In this document: piece by piece, positions 42,980 to 52,975 of the stretch
Layout: every line of letters starts with the position of its first letter
Position numbering within the stretch: position 1 is the first letter of the stretch
Source of the DNA: Microcoleus sp.
Lineage (GTDB): Bacteria > Cyanobacteriota > Cyanobacteriia > Cyanobacteriales > Microcoleaceae
Length of the DNA stretch: 64,000 nucleotides
Direction of reading: 5' to 3'
NCBI GenBank assembly: GCA_042408215.1
Contig: JAYFMW010000017.1
Location: 480,001 to 544,000, forward strand
The notes under the pieces: model-generated
The model's input: the letters and a program-made list of their open reading frames with translations, nothing else
What the model was told of the DNA's origin: nothing
The model's database searches: none
Position numbers and translations under genes: made by a program

Positions 42980-44094
42980 ACCTGCGTCCTTTCACAGTGG
43001 TTTTGATAGTCCCCACAGGCGTTGGAGCGTCGATCGGGGGCTTTGCGGGAGATGCGTTACCTGTTGCTAGGGCGATCGCCCAAATTTCAGATACCCTGAT
43101 TACTCACCCCAACGTCCTCAACGGCGCTCAACTTTATTGGCCCATACCTAACGCTCTCTATGTCGAAGGCTACGCCCTTGACAAATTTGCACAAGGATGC
43201 TGGGGGCTCCAACCAGTACATCAAAATCGCATCGGCTTAATCCTCGATCGCGGCATTGAACCGGAATTGCAACTGCGCCAACTGCAAGCTGCTGATGCTG
43301 CTAGAGCTACATTAGGTTTGAATATAACAGATTATGTTTTAACCGATCGCCCTCTGGAAGTAGAATTGCGAATGTCGGAATCAGGCGCATCTTGGGGGAC
43401 GATCGCGAATCCCGACAGTCTATTACGCGCTGCTGAAAAATTAATTACCCAAGCAAAAGTCCAGGCGATCGCAGTTGTAGCCAGATTTCCCGAAGACGAA
43501 GGCAGCAAAGCCCTCGAAAACTACCGCCACGGCACGGGAGTTGACCCTCTGGCTGGCGCTGAAGCAGCGATCAGTCACCTGATTGTTAGAACATTTAAAA
43601 TCCCCTGTGCTCACGCTCCCGCCCTGTTACCGCTTCCCCTCGATCCGCATCTGTCACCGCGATCGGCCGCTGAGGAAATCGGGTATACTTTTTTACCTTG
43701 CGTACTCGCGGGTCTCAGTAAAGCCCCGCAGTTTGTCACTCCTACTGTGGGACAGGCATCTTGCCTGTCGCAGGTATTAGGCGGGCAAGATGCCCGCACC
43801 ACACAGATATGGGCCGATGGAGTCGATGCCGTTGTCATACCCGCCACAGCCTGCGGTGGCAGTGCTATTCTGAGTTTGAGCGGGCGATCGACAGTACAAA
43901 TTATTGCAGTGGGCGACAACAAAACCCAAATGCAAGCTCCTCCAGAAAAACTCGGAATCAAAGCTTTGCAGGTAAACTCATATTTAGAGGCGATCGGAGT
44001 CTTAGTCGCTTTGCGAGCCGGCATCACCACCGCCTCCTTGGGTGCAGACATCTCTCCCCTAGGATGTTTGTCTGATTCAACTAAACAAATCTAA
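42976..44094 (+). CDS. DUF3326 protein
   Basis: IVPTGVGASIGGFAGDA, THPNVLNGA, PRSAAEE.GYTFL. Confidence 0.9.
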   Translation: MNLRPFTVVLIVPTGVGASIGGFAGDALPVARAIAQISDTLITHPNVLNGAQLYWPIPNALYVEGYALDKFAQGCWGLQPVHQNRIGLILDRGIEPELQLRQLQAADAARATLGLNITDYVLTDRPLEVELRMSESGASWGTIANPDSLLRAAEKLITQAKVQAIAVVARFPEDEGSKALENYRHGTGVDPLAGAEAAISHLIVRTFKIPCAHAPALLPLPLDPHLSPRSAAEEIGYTFLPCVLAGLSKAPQFVTPTVGQASCLSQVLGGQDARTTQIWADGVDAVVIPATACGGSAILSLSGRSTVQIIAVGDNKTQMQAPPEKLGIKALQVNSYLEAIGVLVALRAGITTASLGADISPLGCLSDSTKQI

Positions 44095-44127
44095 AATCTA
44101 AAAATCTAAAAATCTAAAATTGATTAA

Positions 44128-44724
44128 GTGGCAGAAAAACTTCCCGAAAATCCCGAATTTGAACCCTTGACACGCACCCAAGTTTTAATAGCAATGGCTG
44201 TGACAGCAGTAATATTGCTGGCGGTAGCTAAATTGTGGTTGCAATTTGGAGCCGTATCGCTTTTGCCGGTCAAATTAATCGGAATTGATTTGCTCAAAGG
44301 ATGTGCGATCGGATTAGCAATTTCCGGCGTTAGTGCGATCGTTTATCACCTCTGGCCCGGCTATCGGCGCAGTGCCGACGTTTACCTAGAAGTAGTCCTC
44401 AAACCCTTATTTTGGCCTGATTTAATCTGGTTGGGATTGCTACCCGGACTTAGTGAAGAATTGCTATTTCGAGGCGTGATGATATCTGCTTTAGGATTAA
44501 ATATTACTGCTTTAGTTTTATCGAGTTTGTCTTTTGGCATTTTACACTTAGGCGGAATGCAGCAATGGCCCTATGCAGTGTGGGCGACAGCAGTAGGATT
44601 GCTGTTAGGTTACAGTGTTTTAGATACTGGTAATTTGTTAATCCCAATTGTAGCTCATATTTGTACAAATTTAATTTCTAGCTGTATTTGGAAGTGGGAA
44701 AACCAGGCCGTCAAGCGATTTTGA
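44128..44724 (+). CDS. CPBP (Abi/CAAX) intramembrane metalloprotease
   Basis: SEELLFRG, FGILH, AH..TN. Confidence 0.92.
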   Translation: MAEKLPENPEFEPLTRTQVLIAMAVTAVILLAVAKLWLQFGAVSLLPVKLIGIDLLKGCAIGLAISGVSAIVYHLWPGYRRSADVYLEVVLKPLFWPDLIWLGLLPGLSEELLFRGVMISALGLNITALVLSSLSFGILHLGGMQQWPYAVWATAVGLLLGYSVLDTGNLLIPIVAHICTNLISSCIWKWENQAVKRF

Positions 44725-44777
44725 ACCCCGCGCCTCTAGACCGGGTTCCCGTCGGGTGCCCGAGTTTTCGCCCCGGT

Positions 44778-45038
44778 CTGAGCCCCATGCGTAAATCAAA
44801 GAAACCGGGTTTTTTACTGAATCTGTTGGTGACAACGAAGTATTTCGGAAAAACCCGGTTTCTGAGCCCCATGCGTAAATCCAAGAAACCGGGTTTTTTC
44901 CCGAATCTGTTGGTGACAACGAAGTATTTCGCAAAAACCCGGTTTCTGAACCCCATGGGTAAATCAAAGAAACCGGGTTTTTTACTGAATCTGTTGGTAA
45001 CAACGAAGTATTTGGCAAAAACCCGGTTTCTGAGCCCC
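44778..45038. repeat. 3 x 84-bp tandem AGAAACCGGGTTTTT...AAAAACCCGGTTTCT units
   Basis: Units at 44778, 44862 and 44946; single copies at about 18339, 21430 and 42207. Confidence 0.92.
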
Positions 45039-45080
45039 TCGACTCCGCCCAAGAAACGTGCGTAAGTCTTAATACAAAAA

Positions 45081-46622
45081 CTACAATTCTTCTTCCTCCA
45101 CGTCAACTCCATGAATCTGAGCCGGAGTTGCGGGAATTGCGGCAATGATTGCATCAATCACCTTGGCTACTGGAATAATCTGCATTCCCAAATCTGGCAC
45201 CGGTTGATTCTTGGGAATAATCGCTCTTTTAAAACCTAGTTTCGCGGCCTCTCTTAGCCTTAATTCTAATTGGGAAACAGGGCGAACTTGTCCACCTAAA
45301 CCGACTTCTCCCAGTAAAATTGTCCTCGCATCGACAATGCGATCGCGAAAACTGGCCACAACGGCGATCGCAATTGCCAAATCCGCCGCCGGTTCCTCCA
45401 CCTTCAACCCCCCCACCGATGCTACAATCGTATCCAATTTAGACAAAGGAATCCCGACTCTTTTCTCCAAAACAGCCAGAATTTGCTGCAATCTACTATT
45501 ATCCACCCCCGTAGTAGAACGGCGGGGCGAACCAAAACTCGCAGGACTGACTAAGGCCTGAATTTCAACTAAAATCGGTCTAGTTCCTTCGCAAGTAACA
45601 GTCGTCGAAGTACCGGGCGAAAACTCGTCCCGATTTCCTAAAAATAACTCCGATGGATTATCTACTTCTCGCAATCCGTGTGCTACCATTTCAAAGACAC
45701 CGATTTCGTGAGTTGCTCCAAAACGGTTTTTCATCGATCGCAAAAGTCGATGAGAAGCAAAGCGATCGCCCTCAAAATAAAGTACAGTATCTACTAGATG
45801 TTCCAAAACCCTCGGCCCCGCCAAAGATCCATCTTTAGTAACATGACCGACAATAAATAAAGTAATATTTTCTCTTTTTGCAACCTGCATCAAAGCCGAC
45901 GTACATTCCCGCACCTGAGCCACCGAACCCGGAGCCGATGTTAAACTAGCAAAATAAATAGTCTGGATACTATCAATCACCGCCACATGAGGTTTCAGCG
46001 CTTCCAACTCCCGCAAAACTACTTCTAAATCCGTCTCCGGTAGCAAATAGAAATTCTCCGCTGAATTGTCAACATCCGCCTCAACTGAACCCTGAACTGT
46101 TCCCCCATTGCGATCGGATTTATGTGCAGCATCACTTGACAAATCAACCGGATTAGCCACTCCCAAACGCTGCGATCGCAACTTCACCTGCTGGCCAGAC
46201 TCTTCCGCACTGACATACAGTATGCGATCCTTACGCGCCAACTGATTCGCCACCTGTAACAACAGCGTCGATTTCCCAATCCCCGGTTCCCCCCCAATCA
46301 ACACCAGGGAACCGGGAACAATACCACCTCCCAAAACTCGATCGAGTTCAGCATAGCCCGAAGGCCAACGAGACTGAGTTTGGTCAGCAATCTGCGATAA
46401 TCTAAAAGATACCCTGGCTTGACCCTTCGACTTATCAGGAGGCGAACCGCCCGGTTGCCTAGTCGTTACCCCAGTCAAGCCAGCTCGTGGCACAGCAGAA
46501 GTAGGCGTTTCTACCTGCTCGTCAAAAGAATCCCACTTCTGACAGCTAGGACACCTGCCAAAATATTGTGGCGAATCATACCCACATTCCCGACAAATAT
46601 ATTGTATCCGAGGCTTTGCCAT
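45081..46622 (-). CDS. radA: DNA repair protein RadA/Sms
   Basis: C..C...C..C, GEPGIGKS, KNRFG. Confidence 0.97.
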   Translation of the reverse strand: MAKPRIQYICRECGYDSPQYFGRCPSCQKWDSFDEQVETPTSAVPRAGLTGVTTRQPGGSPPDKSKGQARVSFRLSQIADQTQSRWPSGYAELDRVLGGGIVPGSLVLIGGEPGIGKSTLLLQVANQLARKDRILYVSAEESGQQVKLRSQRLGVANPVDLSSDAAHKSDRNGGTVQGSVEADVDNSAENFYLLPETDLEVVLRELEALKPHVAVIDSIQTIYFASLTSAPGSVAQVRECTSALMQVAKRENITLFIVGHVTKDGSLAGPRVLEHLVDTVLYFEGDRFASHRLLRSMKNRFGATHEIGVFEMVAHGLREVDNPSELFLGNRDEFSPGTSTTVTCEGTRPILVEIQALVSPASFGSPRRSTTGVDNSRLQQILAVLEKRVGIPLSKLDTIVASVGGLKVEEPAADLAIAIAVVASFRDRIVDARTILLGEVGLGGQVRPVSQLELRLREAAKLGFKRAIIPKNQPVPDLGMQIIPVAKVIDAIIAAIPATPAQIHGVDVEEEEL

Positions 46623-46786
46623 TGTTTACAATAATAAATAATCACCTTAACATTGTGTCAAAGTCTGAACAAAAGCAATCATCAAGCTTTCAGACCAGTC
46701 GCGACAGGCGGATCGGTTTGTGTCTTAATCATAGGGTACAAAAAATTAAGATTATCTGAAATGTAACTTAAGGAGTGTTCAGTAAC

Positions 46787-47515
46787 TTGGAAAACCATAA
46801 AGAAAAAATTCTGGTAGTCGATGACGAAGCCAGCATCCGCCGCATCCTGGAAACTCGCCTTTCGATGATTGGCTACGATGTCGTCACCGCAGCAGACGGT
46901 GAAGAAGCTCTCGATATATTTCGCAACACCGAACCAGATTTAGTGGTTTTGGACGTGATGATGCCAAAACTAGACGGCTATGGCGTTTGTCAGGAGTTGC
47001 GGAAGGAATCCGACGTGCCTATCATCATGCTAACCGCTTTGGGAGACGTAGCCGATCGCATCACCGGTTTAGAATTAGGCGCCGACGATTACGTCGTCAA
47101 ACCTTTTTCTCCCAAAGAATTAGAAGCCCGCATCCGTTCAGTGCTGCGTCGCGTTGACAAAAACGGCTCCTCTGGAATTCCCAGTTCGGGAGTCATCCAA
47201 GTCACTAATATTAGGATAGACACCAACAAGCGCCAAGTTTATAAAGGTGACGAACGAATTCGGCTCACAGGCATGGAATTCAGCTTGTTAGAGCTGCTTG
47301 TCAGCCGTTCTGGAGAGCCTTTTTCGCGATCGGAAATTTTGCAGGAAGTTTGGGGATATACGCCTGAGCGCCACGTAGACACCCGTGTAGTGGACGTTCA
47401 CATCTCGCGGCTTAGGGCAAAGTTAGAAGACGACCCTAGCAATCCCGAATTAATTCTCACCGCCCGCGGCACAGGCTATCTATTCCAGCGAATTGTCCAG
47501 CCTGGGGAAGCTTGA
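46787..47515 (+). CDS. rpaB: OmpR-family response regulator RpaB (Ycf27)
   Basis: ENHKEKILVVDDEASIRRILETRLSMIGY, WGYTPERHVDTRVVDVH; TTG start inferred. Confidence 0.95.
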   Translation: MENHKEKILVVDDEASIRRILETRLSMIGYDVVTAADGEEALDIFRNTEPDLVVLDVMMPKLDGYGVCQELRKESDVPIIMLTALGDVADRITGLELGADDYVVKPFSPKELEARIRSVLRRVDKNGSSGIPSSGVIQVTNIRIDTNKRQVYKGDERIRLTGMEFSLLELLVSRSGEPFSRSEILQEVWGYTPERHVDTRVVDVHISRLRAKLEDDPSNPELILTARGTGYLFQRIVQPGEA

Positions 47516-47519
47516 TCAA

Positions 47520-47717
47520 GCCAGTTGACAGTTGATGGTTGACAGTTAACGGTTAACAGTTGACGGTTGACAGCCAACAGCCAACAGTCAACAGCCAACA
47601 GCCAACAGTCAACAGTCAACAGCCAACAGCCAACAGTCAACAGCCAACAGCCAACAGCCAACAGCCAACAGCCAACAGTCAACAGCCAACAGCCAACAGT
47701 CAACAGCCAACTGACCA
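47520..47717. repeat. Heptamer STRR (CAACAGC/CAACAGT)n
   Basis: Seen directly. Confidence 0.95.
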
Positions 47718-48368
47718 ATGACTAAATCTGACCCAAATCGAGTTTTGCGACAATTGCCCTTAGTTGCAGGAGGATTAGCAGGTACGCTGCTGATGGTCAA
47801 TCGCTTGCTAACAGAGCAAATAACAGACTCTCAAGCTCGCTCCGATGCTTTGGGAGTCATTGTCAGCGCCCTGCTGATTTTAACAGGTTTGCTGTGGCAG
47901 CAAGTACAAGCGCGATCGCCCGATTCCGTAAAACTCATGGGCGAAGAAGGTTTTGAATTTGCGCCGGATTTGCCGGATGTTGTCAAAATAGAATTGGCTT
48001 GGGTGTCACGTTTGCTGTTGACAAATACTGCCACAAGGGCGATCGTGATTGTGTATCAAGGAAAAGTCCTATTGCGGCGTGGCATTTTAGGCATCAATCC
48101 CGAAGTAAAACCAGGGCCAATCTTGCAGCGAGTCTTTGACAAAAACAAGCCAATTTATTTAGTAAATCTCAATATTTATCCAGGGCGAATTGAATTTGAC
48201 TATTTGCCAGAAAATACCCAAGGAGTCATCTGTCAGCCCATCGGTAGTCAAGGCGTTTTAATTTTAGGTGCTAACGCGCCCCGCAGCTATACAAAACAAG
48301 ATGAAAACTGGGTTGAAGGCATTGCCGAAAAACTAGAAAATACCCTCAGTCAGCACCTAAATTCCTAA
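47718..48368 (+). CDS. Cofactor assembly of complex C subunit B (CCB2/CCB4 family)
   Basis: SQARSD.LG, ELAW.S..LL..T, YPGRIEF.YLPENTQ. Confidence 0.85.
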   Translation: MTKSDPNRVLRQLPLVAGGLAGTLLMVNRLLTEQITDSQARSDALGVIVSALLILTGLLWQQVQARSPDSVKLMGEEGFEFAPDLPDVVKIELAWVSRLLLTNTATRAIVIVYQGKVLLRRGILGINPEVKPGPILQRVFDKNKPIYLVNLNIYPGRIEFDYLPENTQGVICQPIGSQGVLILGANAPRSYTKQDENWVEGIAEKLENTLSQHLNS

Positions 48369-48455
48369 GTAAAGAGTATTCTAAAATTTAAAATCTAAGA
48401 TCGAAAATTCCATGACTTCAGAAACATTGCGTATCTTTCTATATCCAGTCATATT

Positions 48456-48619
48456 GTAGGGGCGGGTTTACCAACCATATAGATGGAAAACCCAAAATTC
48501 CATAAACCCGCCCCAACCCCACCAACAATCTAAATGTACATTCATATTTAGCGTGGGGCGGGGGCGGGTTTATTTAGATTGTTCGTCATTGTTATATATG
48601 GTTGGTGAACCCGCCCCTA
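48456..48619. repeat. GTAGGGGCGGGTTT...AAACCCGCCCC REP-like doublets
   Basis: Two inverted-repeat pairs. Confidence 0.75.
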
Positions 48620-48642
48620 GGAATATTGAAATGGCTGGACTA

Positions 48643-49320
48643 CTACCGAGCCCAATCAGTACCGCGCCACATCATAAAAAACAAAACTGCCGAAATCAGC
48701 GCGCCCAGCAGCCACTTAACAGCATTTTTGAATAGCGCCAACCGCTGATTTGACTGAACCGCTGCGCTTTGCGTCTGCAAGCGTTCCTTAGCCGGAGTAA
48801 TTCTCGAAAGAATTTGGTTTTTCAGTTCCTGCGGGTTTTTCGTATCCGCTTGTACCCCCAAACGAGTAAGTTCACTCGCCAAATTATTTAAATCTTCAGG
48901 AGTACCTTTCTTCAAACGTTCTTCTACCTGCTGCAACTGAGCTAATTGTTGCTTTGCTTGAGTAGTAATTTGCTGGTTGTTTTGGTTGTTGACAGAGATA
49001 GTGCCAAAAATTCCCAAAGGCAGCATCAAGATAAATATCAGGGCCAGCAGCAGACACACCCAAGACAACATCTTTAAAAAAATGTCTTCGAAACGTCTGC
49101 GATCGTAATCCTCTCCAAAAAAGATCAGCGCCATTGCTAATAGAGGAACTGGTATCCGTTCCACGAGAGCTCCAATCGTCTGCAATTCCCAGAGACGGTT
49201 GCCAAAATTTGCCGGTGTCAGAACAGCGATCGTATCTAATAACGACAAAATTAATAGACCGTAACCAACCCAGCGCAGCCTATATATAGAAAAACCTTGT
49301 TCGCCTTGTATCTCATTCAT
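48643..49320 (-). CDS. HpsJ-like membrane protein, cyanoexosortase A-associated
   Basis: RWVGYGLL, WELQTIG.LVER.PVPL; three TM helices + Gln-rich coil + TM; last gene of the crtA operon. Confidence 0.82.
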   Translation of the reverse strand: MNEIQGEQGFSIYRLRWVGYGLLILSLLDTIAVLTPANFGNRLWELQTIGALVERIPVPLLAMALIFFGEDYDRRRFEDIFLKMLSWVCLLLALIFILMLPLGIFGTISVNNQNNQQITTQAKQQLAQLQQVEERLKKGTPEDLNNLASELTRLGVQADTKNPQELKNQILSRITPAKERLQTQSAAVQSNQRLALFKNAVKWLLGALISAVLFFMMWRGTDWAR

Positions 49321-49721
49321 CAGAAAAATGGGTAGAAACCCCGTCCTTTTAGGACGGCTTTACATTTTTGATTTACTACCGCCTTGGGACTGGTTGGCGG
49401 GAGTGTGCTTTTGTGTTGCACTTTCAACGGGACAATTACCGCCTCAAACTTCCCAGCCCTGTACGCATAGTGTTTTGCTCTTTCGAGCCTCCCTTGCGGG
49501 GTAAAGTTAGCCTCGCCAAGGTTTAATGAGCTTGTGCCGGCCCGTAGCACTGTCTCAGTTACCTTAAGACTGTTTAACTACCAGCGACAGAGCTCTTAAC
49601 TAGCTTCGCATTCTCCCGGTGTCGTGACTCAAAAAACGTAGCCAGTTAAGACTTAGGCTGGTCAGAACGGCTTGTTAGATTTTTCCTTCAAGCCTCATGC
49701 CTTTAGGCTGAGGTTCCTGAC
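49321..49721 (-). mobile_element. Non-autonomous IS200/IS605 (IscB-type) element without nuclease ORF
   Basis: On the + strand it follows TCAT and has terminal hairpins CCGTCC-TTTTA-GGACGG and CCTCA..GCC-TTTA-GGC.TGAGG, ending TGAC. Confidence 0.85.
49470..49721 (-). ncRNA. HEARO / IscB-type omegaRNA scaffold
   Basis: GTCAGGAACC..hairpin..GCTTG..CTGACCAGCCTAAG..CTACGTT..GACACC..GAATGC..CTAGT..CTCTGTCG..GTTAAACAG..ACAGTG..TTGGCGAGG..TTACCC..AAGGGAG landmarks in the recalled HEARO order. Confidence 0.82.
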
Positions 49722-49779
49722 AGAATAATAGACCTGTTGTTAACAAAATGTCGATCGAAACCACCGTACAGCAATTGAC

Positions 49780-50448
49780 TCAAGGTTCAGGAAATCGCGG
49801 CTGCCACCACTCATACCAAGAAACCCAAGCATTCTCTAGAATTTTCTTGGCATTTTCGGGAGTTGTTTTATCCAACGGCACAGACATCTGAGTCCACAAA
49901 CAGCGCTTGTCTTGAATATTTCCCCTACCCGACAGCCAAAATACAATGCGGTTGAACTGCAAGTCACGAGTATTCCGATTGTATCTAAACTGTTCGTCAG
50001 TCACTGTAGTACGGCCGCGAGGATTGATACAGGAACTCAGATATAGTCGATTTTGCTGTTGCAAAATTCCGTGAAAGCCCACCCTTTGAGTATTTGCTAA
50101 TTCTAGTTTACCAGGAGACGACTTGAGAACAGTATGTCCTTTCATCATACTTTCCACATCCCCACTGGTTCCTACCACATAGCGCATCTCTATTGCTAGA
50201 GCCTGGTTATTTTTTTGATATTCATATTTCCTCCCCACCTTAACTTGTGAAGTATCGCTAATTTTCAGGGGTGCGCTCTTCTGCATTTGCCACTCAGCTA
50301 GAGGCACTGACTCGGGAAACTCAAACGGGGTTGCAGAAAGATTGCCAGCCGATGGGTAGAATGTCAACTTTCCTACAACTAATAAAACCCCTGCAAATGT
50401 CACCGCTAAAATAGAAATTCTAGCTGTTTTCCAATAGGTAATAGCCAT
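49780..50448 (-). CDS. Cyanoexosortase A system-associated protein
   Basis: FPESVPL..W, YLSSCINPRG.TTVT..QF, DKRCLW; TAATG coupling to crtA. Confidence 0.88.
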   Translation of the reverse strand: MAITYWKTARISILAVTFAGVLLVVGKLTFYPSAGNLSATPFEFPESVPLAEWQMQKSAPLKISDTSQVKVGRKYEYQKNNQALAIEMRYVVGTSGDVESMMKGHTVLKSSPGKLELANTQRVGFHGILQQQNRLYLSSCINPRGRTTVTDEQFRYNRNTRDLQFNRIVFWLSGRGNIQDKRCLWTQMSVPLDKTTPENAKKILENAWVSWYEWWQPRFPEP

Positions 50449-51296
50449 TAGCAATTTGGTTTTTTCTTATTTTGCGGTTCTGGCAAGATGGCAAACCAGC
50501 AGAATAACCCGAAAATGAATACAGCAATCATTGAAAAAATTACTGACCCATTTCCTTCGTGCCAGTATTTAAATGCTTCGGGTTGAGATAGCGATACCAG
50601 CACAGCCATGAGAGCAACTCGCGCTGCATTCACTATAAATCCAATCAGGACTGCAATGATAGGTACTACAATTTTCTGTCCCACAGTTGTAGGAAACATT
50701 AGTAAAAAAACTAGCGCTAGTCCTAACACTTGTAGGATGGCATTGACTCCCGAACAGCCGTGATAGACTTCCACGCTGCCTTTTTCTAATACAAGAAATA
50801 CTCCTTGACGAACTACTTCAAATCCTAAATAGTGCAGGATAAAAGCCGAAAATTTAGCAGTTAATAGGGCGACATTAACAAATACTCCTATCAACCCTGG
50901 AGGAATAGCTGTATAGGCAAGAATTAGCAATTCCTGCCAATATTGTTTCAGTCCTTTTGTTCCTGAAGCCAGCAAAGCGAGACTTATTCCCGACAAGAAA
51001 GGCGTTGCTCTGATAAAAAAGTCGTAGCCAGATATCGACGAACTTTTGAGCAAGATTAAAGCAATTAGCGAAGCCCCAAAGCAACTGCCGAAAACCCCGC
51101 TTTCTAAAGTTAAGGATTCGTGTCTTTCCCAAATTAGAAAGCACACGACTCCCCAAAATAGTAGCATTGTGCCGAATAGGTCGGTGTTTTCTGTTCTCGA
51201 AGTCAGAGTTAGGTGCAGGGCGATCAAACCTGCTGCTATCCCTAATAGCCAGTATTTAGGTTCTTGGAGGTGCTTGAGCCAGTTGATTTCGGTCAT
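50448..51296 (-). CDS. crtA: Cyanoexosortase A
   Basis: Catalytic triad GCSG / NAARV / YWHEG, multiple TM helices. Confidence 0.9.
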   Translation of the reverse strand: MTEINWLKHLQEPKYWLLGIAAGLIALHLTLTSRTENTDLFGTMLLFWGVVCFLIWERHESLTLESGVFGSCFGASLIALILLKSSSISGYDFFIRATPFLSGISLALLASGTKGLKQYWQELLILAYTAIPPGLIGVFVNVALLTAKFSAFILHYLGFEVVRQGVFLVLEKGSVEVYHGCSGVNAILQVLGLALVFLLMFPTTVGQKIVVPIIAVLIGFIVNAARVALMAVLVSLSQPEAFKYWHEGNGSVIFSMIAVFIFGLFCWFAILPEPQNKKKPNC

Positions 51297-51581
51297 TCGA
51301 TTTGAGATTTTAGATTTTAGATTTTAGATTTTGGAGGCGACCCCACGGATAAATTCTCTTTCTTGAGGATTTTAGAGGTTGCAGGGCACAGCGAACAATG
51401 CTTCACAATGCAAGGATTGATTCCACGGATAAATCACGTGGCGGGTACCATCAAGAAATTCACAGGTCATGGCTAGTTTTTGTTGGTAGTATAATCTGAG
51501 AAAGTGTGTCAGTAGTTATTGGTGATTGGTGATTGGTTTTCGATCGCAGCCAACAACCAATAACTAATGACTGCTGACTGA

Positions 51582-51668
51582 TGACTAATGACTAATGACT
51601 AATGACTAATGACTAATGACTAATGACTAATGACTAATGACTAATGACTAATGACTAATGACTAATGA
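51582..51668. repeat. Heptamer STRR (TGACTAA)n
   Basis: Seen directly; in register with the rfbB stop codon. Confidence 0.95.
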
Positions 51669-52759
51669 GCGTAAACCTTGCGGTAGTATGTCTGATATTC
51701 CTCGGAAAGCAGGGGTTCCCACCAATCGCGATTGGCTAAATACCATTCTACGGTGCGCCGCAAACCTTCTTCAACTGTTACTGATGGAGTCCAACCTAAC
51801 TCTGTTTTAATTTTGGTTGCATCGATCGCATAACGTCGATCGTGCCCGGCTCGATCTTTCACAAAGGTAATTAATTGTTCGCAAGGACGCGCCGGCAAAT
51901 CTTCAGCCAATTCGTCCATTAGCTGGCACAGCATCTTGACTAAATCGAGATTTTTTACCTCGTTGTTGCCACCAACATTGTATGTTTCCCCTGGTTGGCC
52001 GCGGTGAATTACGGCATCTAAAGCGTGGCAGTGGTCGAGTACGTAAAGCCAATCTCGGACGTTTTGACCGTCGCCGTAAACGGGTAGTGGCTTGCCCAAA
52101 AGCATATTGAGACACATGAGGGGAATCAGCTTTTCTGGGAAGTGATAGGGGCCGTAATTGTTGGAGCAATTGGTGATAATTGTGGGGAGGCCGTAGGTGT
52201 GGAAATAGGCGCGGGCGAGGTGGTCACTGCCAGCTTTTGAAGCTGAGTAGGGACTGTTGGGAGCATAAGGTGTCGTTTCTGTAAAGGCTGGATCGTCGGG
52301 GCCGAGACTGCCATAAACTTCGTCGGTGGAAACGTGCAGAAAGCGATCGCCCTCTGGTTGTCCTTTGGCGATCCACTGTTGGCGGAAGGCTTCGAGGAGG
52401 GTGAAGGTACCGATCACATTTGTTTGGACGAAAGCTTCGGGCCCTAAAATTGACCTGTCTACGTGAGATTCAGCCGCAAAGTGGGCGACTGTATTGATGT
52501 TTTCTGATTGCAGCAAGCTATCGACGAGGGCGCGATCGCAGATATTCCCCTGTACAAACCGAAAATTTTCTCCCCCTTCCAAGCTTGCTAGGGTTTGCTT
52601 GTTTCCGGCGTAGGTTAAAGCGTCGAGTACGACTACTCGATCGCCCGGATAGCTACAGCACCAGTGATGCACAAAATTCGAGCCGATAAATCCAGCGCCG
52701 CCCGTCACTAAGATCCGGCGAGGCGTGAGCTCAATGCCTTGATTCTTGCTGTCTGTCAT
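51662..52759 (-). CDS. rfbB: dTDP-glucose 4,6-dehydratase
   Basis: GGAGFIG, FAAESHVDRS, HVSTDEVYG, YSASK, GHDRRY. Confidence 0.97.
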   Translation of the reverse strand: MTDSKNQGIELTPRRILVTGGAGFIGSNFVHHWCCSYPGDRVVVLDALTYAGNKQTLASLEGGENFRFVQGNICDRALVDSLLQSENINTVAHFAAESHVDRSILGPEAFVQTNVIGTFTLLEAFRQQWIAKGQPEGDRFLHVSTDEVYGSLGPDDPAFTETTPYAPNSPYSASKAGSDHLARAYFHTYGLPTIITNCSNNYGPYHFPEKLIPLMCLNMLLGKPLPVYGDGQNVRDWLYVLDHCHALDAVIHRGQPGETYNVGGNNEVKNLDLVKMLCQLMDELAEDLPARPCEQLITFVKDRAGHDRRYAIDATKIKTELGWTPSVTVEEGLRRTVEWYLANRDWWEPLLSEEYQTYYRKVYAH

Positions 52760-52975
52760 ATAAATAACAATTTTTCCAATAACTAAGCCTTCTCAAAAAT
52801 AGCCTTAAAAGTAGCTTGTCACCAACTGTTCACCGCATTTGCCTTCTGCCTTCAACATCCGCTATAGTTGGCAGATGCGATCGATCCGTGATGTCGATCA
52901 GTCCCCTGTTGATAGATTTGTAAAGAGCTGTTACCATTAATTTTTTAATGATCCTTTACAGATTTCCAGAGCACC

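Noticed and set aside
44778..45038. Possible CRISPR array
   Set aside because: The would-be spacers are near-identical, no cas genes are present, and the unit is a dispersed repeat family
47476..47800. ORFs made of CWLLAV repeats (also 54444-54722 and 10698-10955)
   Set aside because: Translations of short tandem repeats
49320..49550. 76-aa ORF inside the 401-bp element
   Set aside because: Overlaps the omegaRNA scaffold and element end; no IscB PLMP, RuvC or HNH motifs
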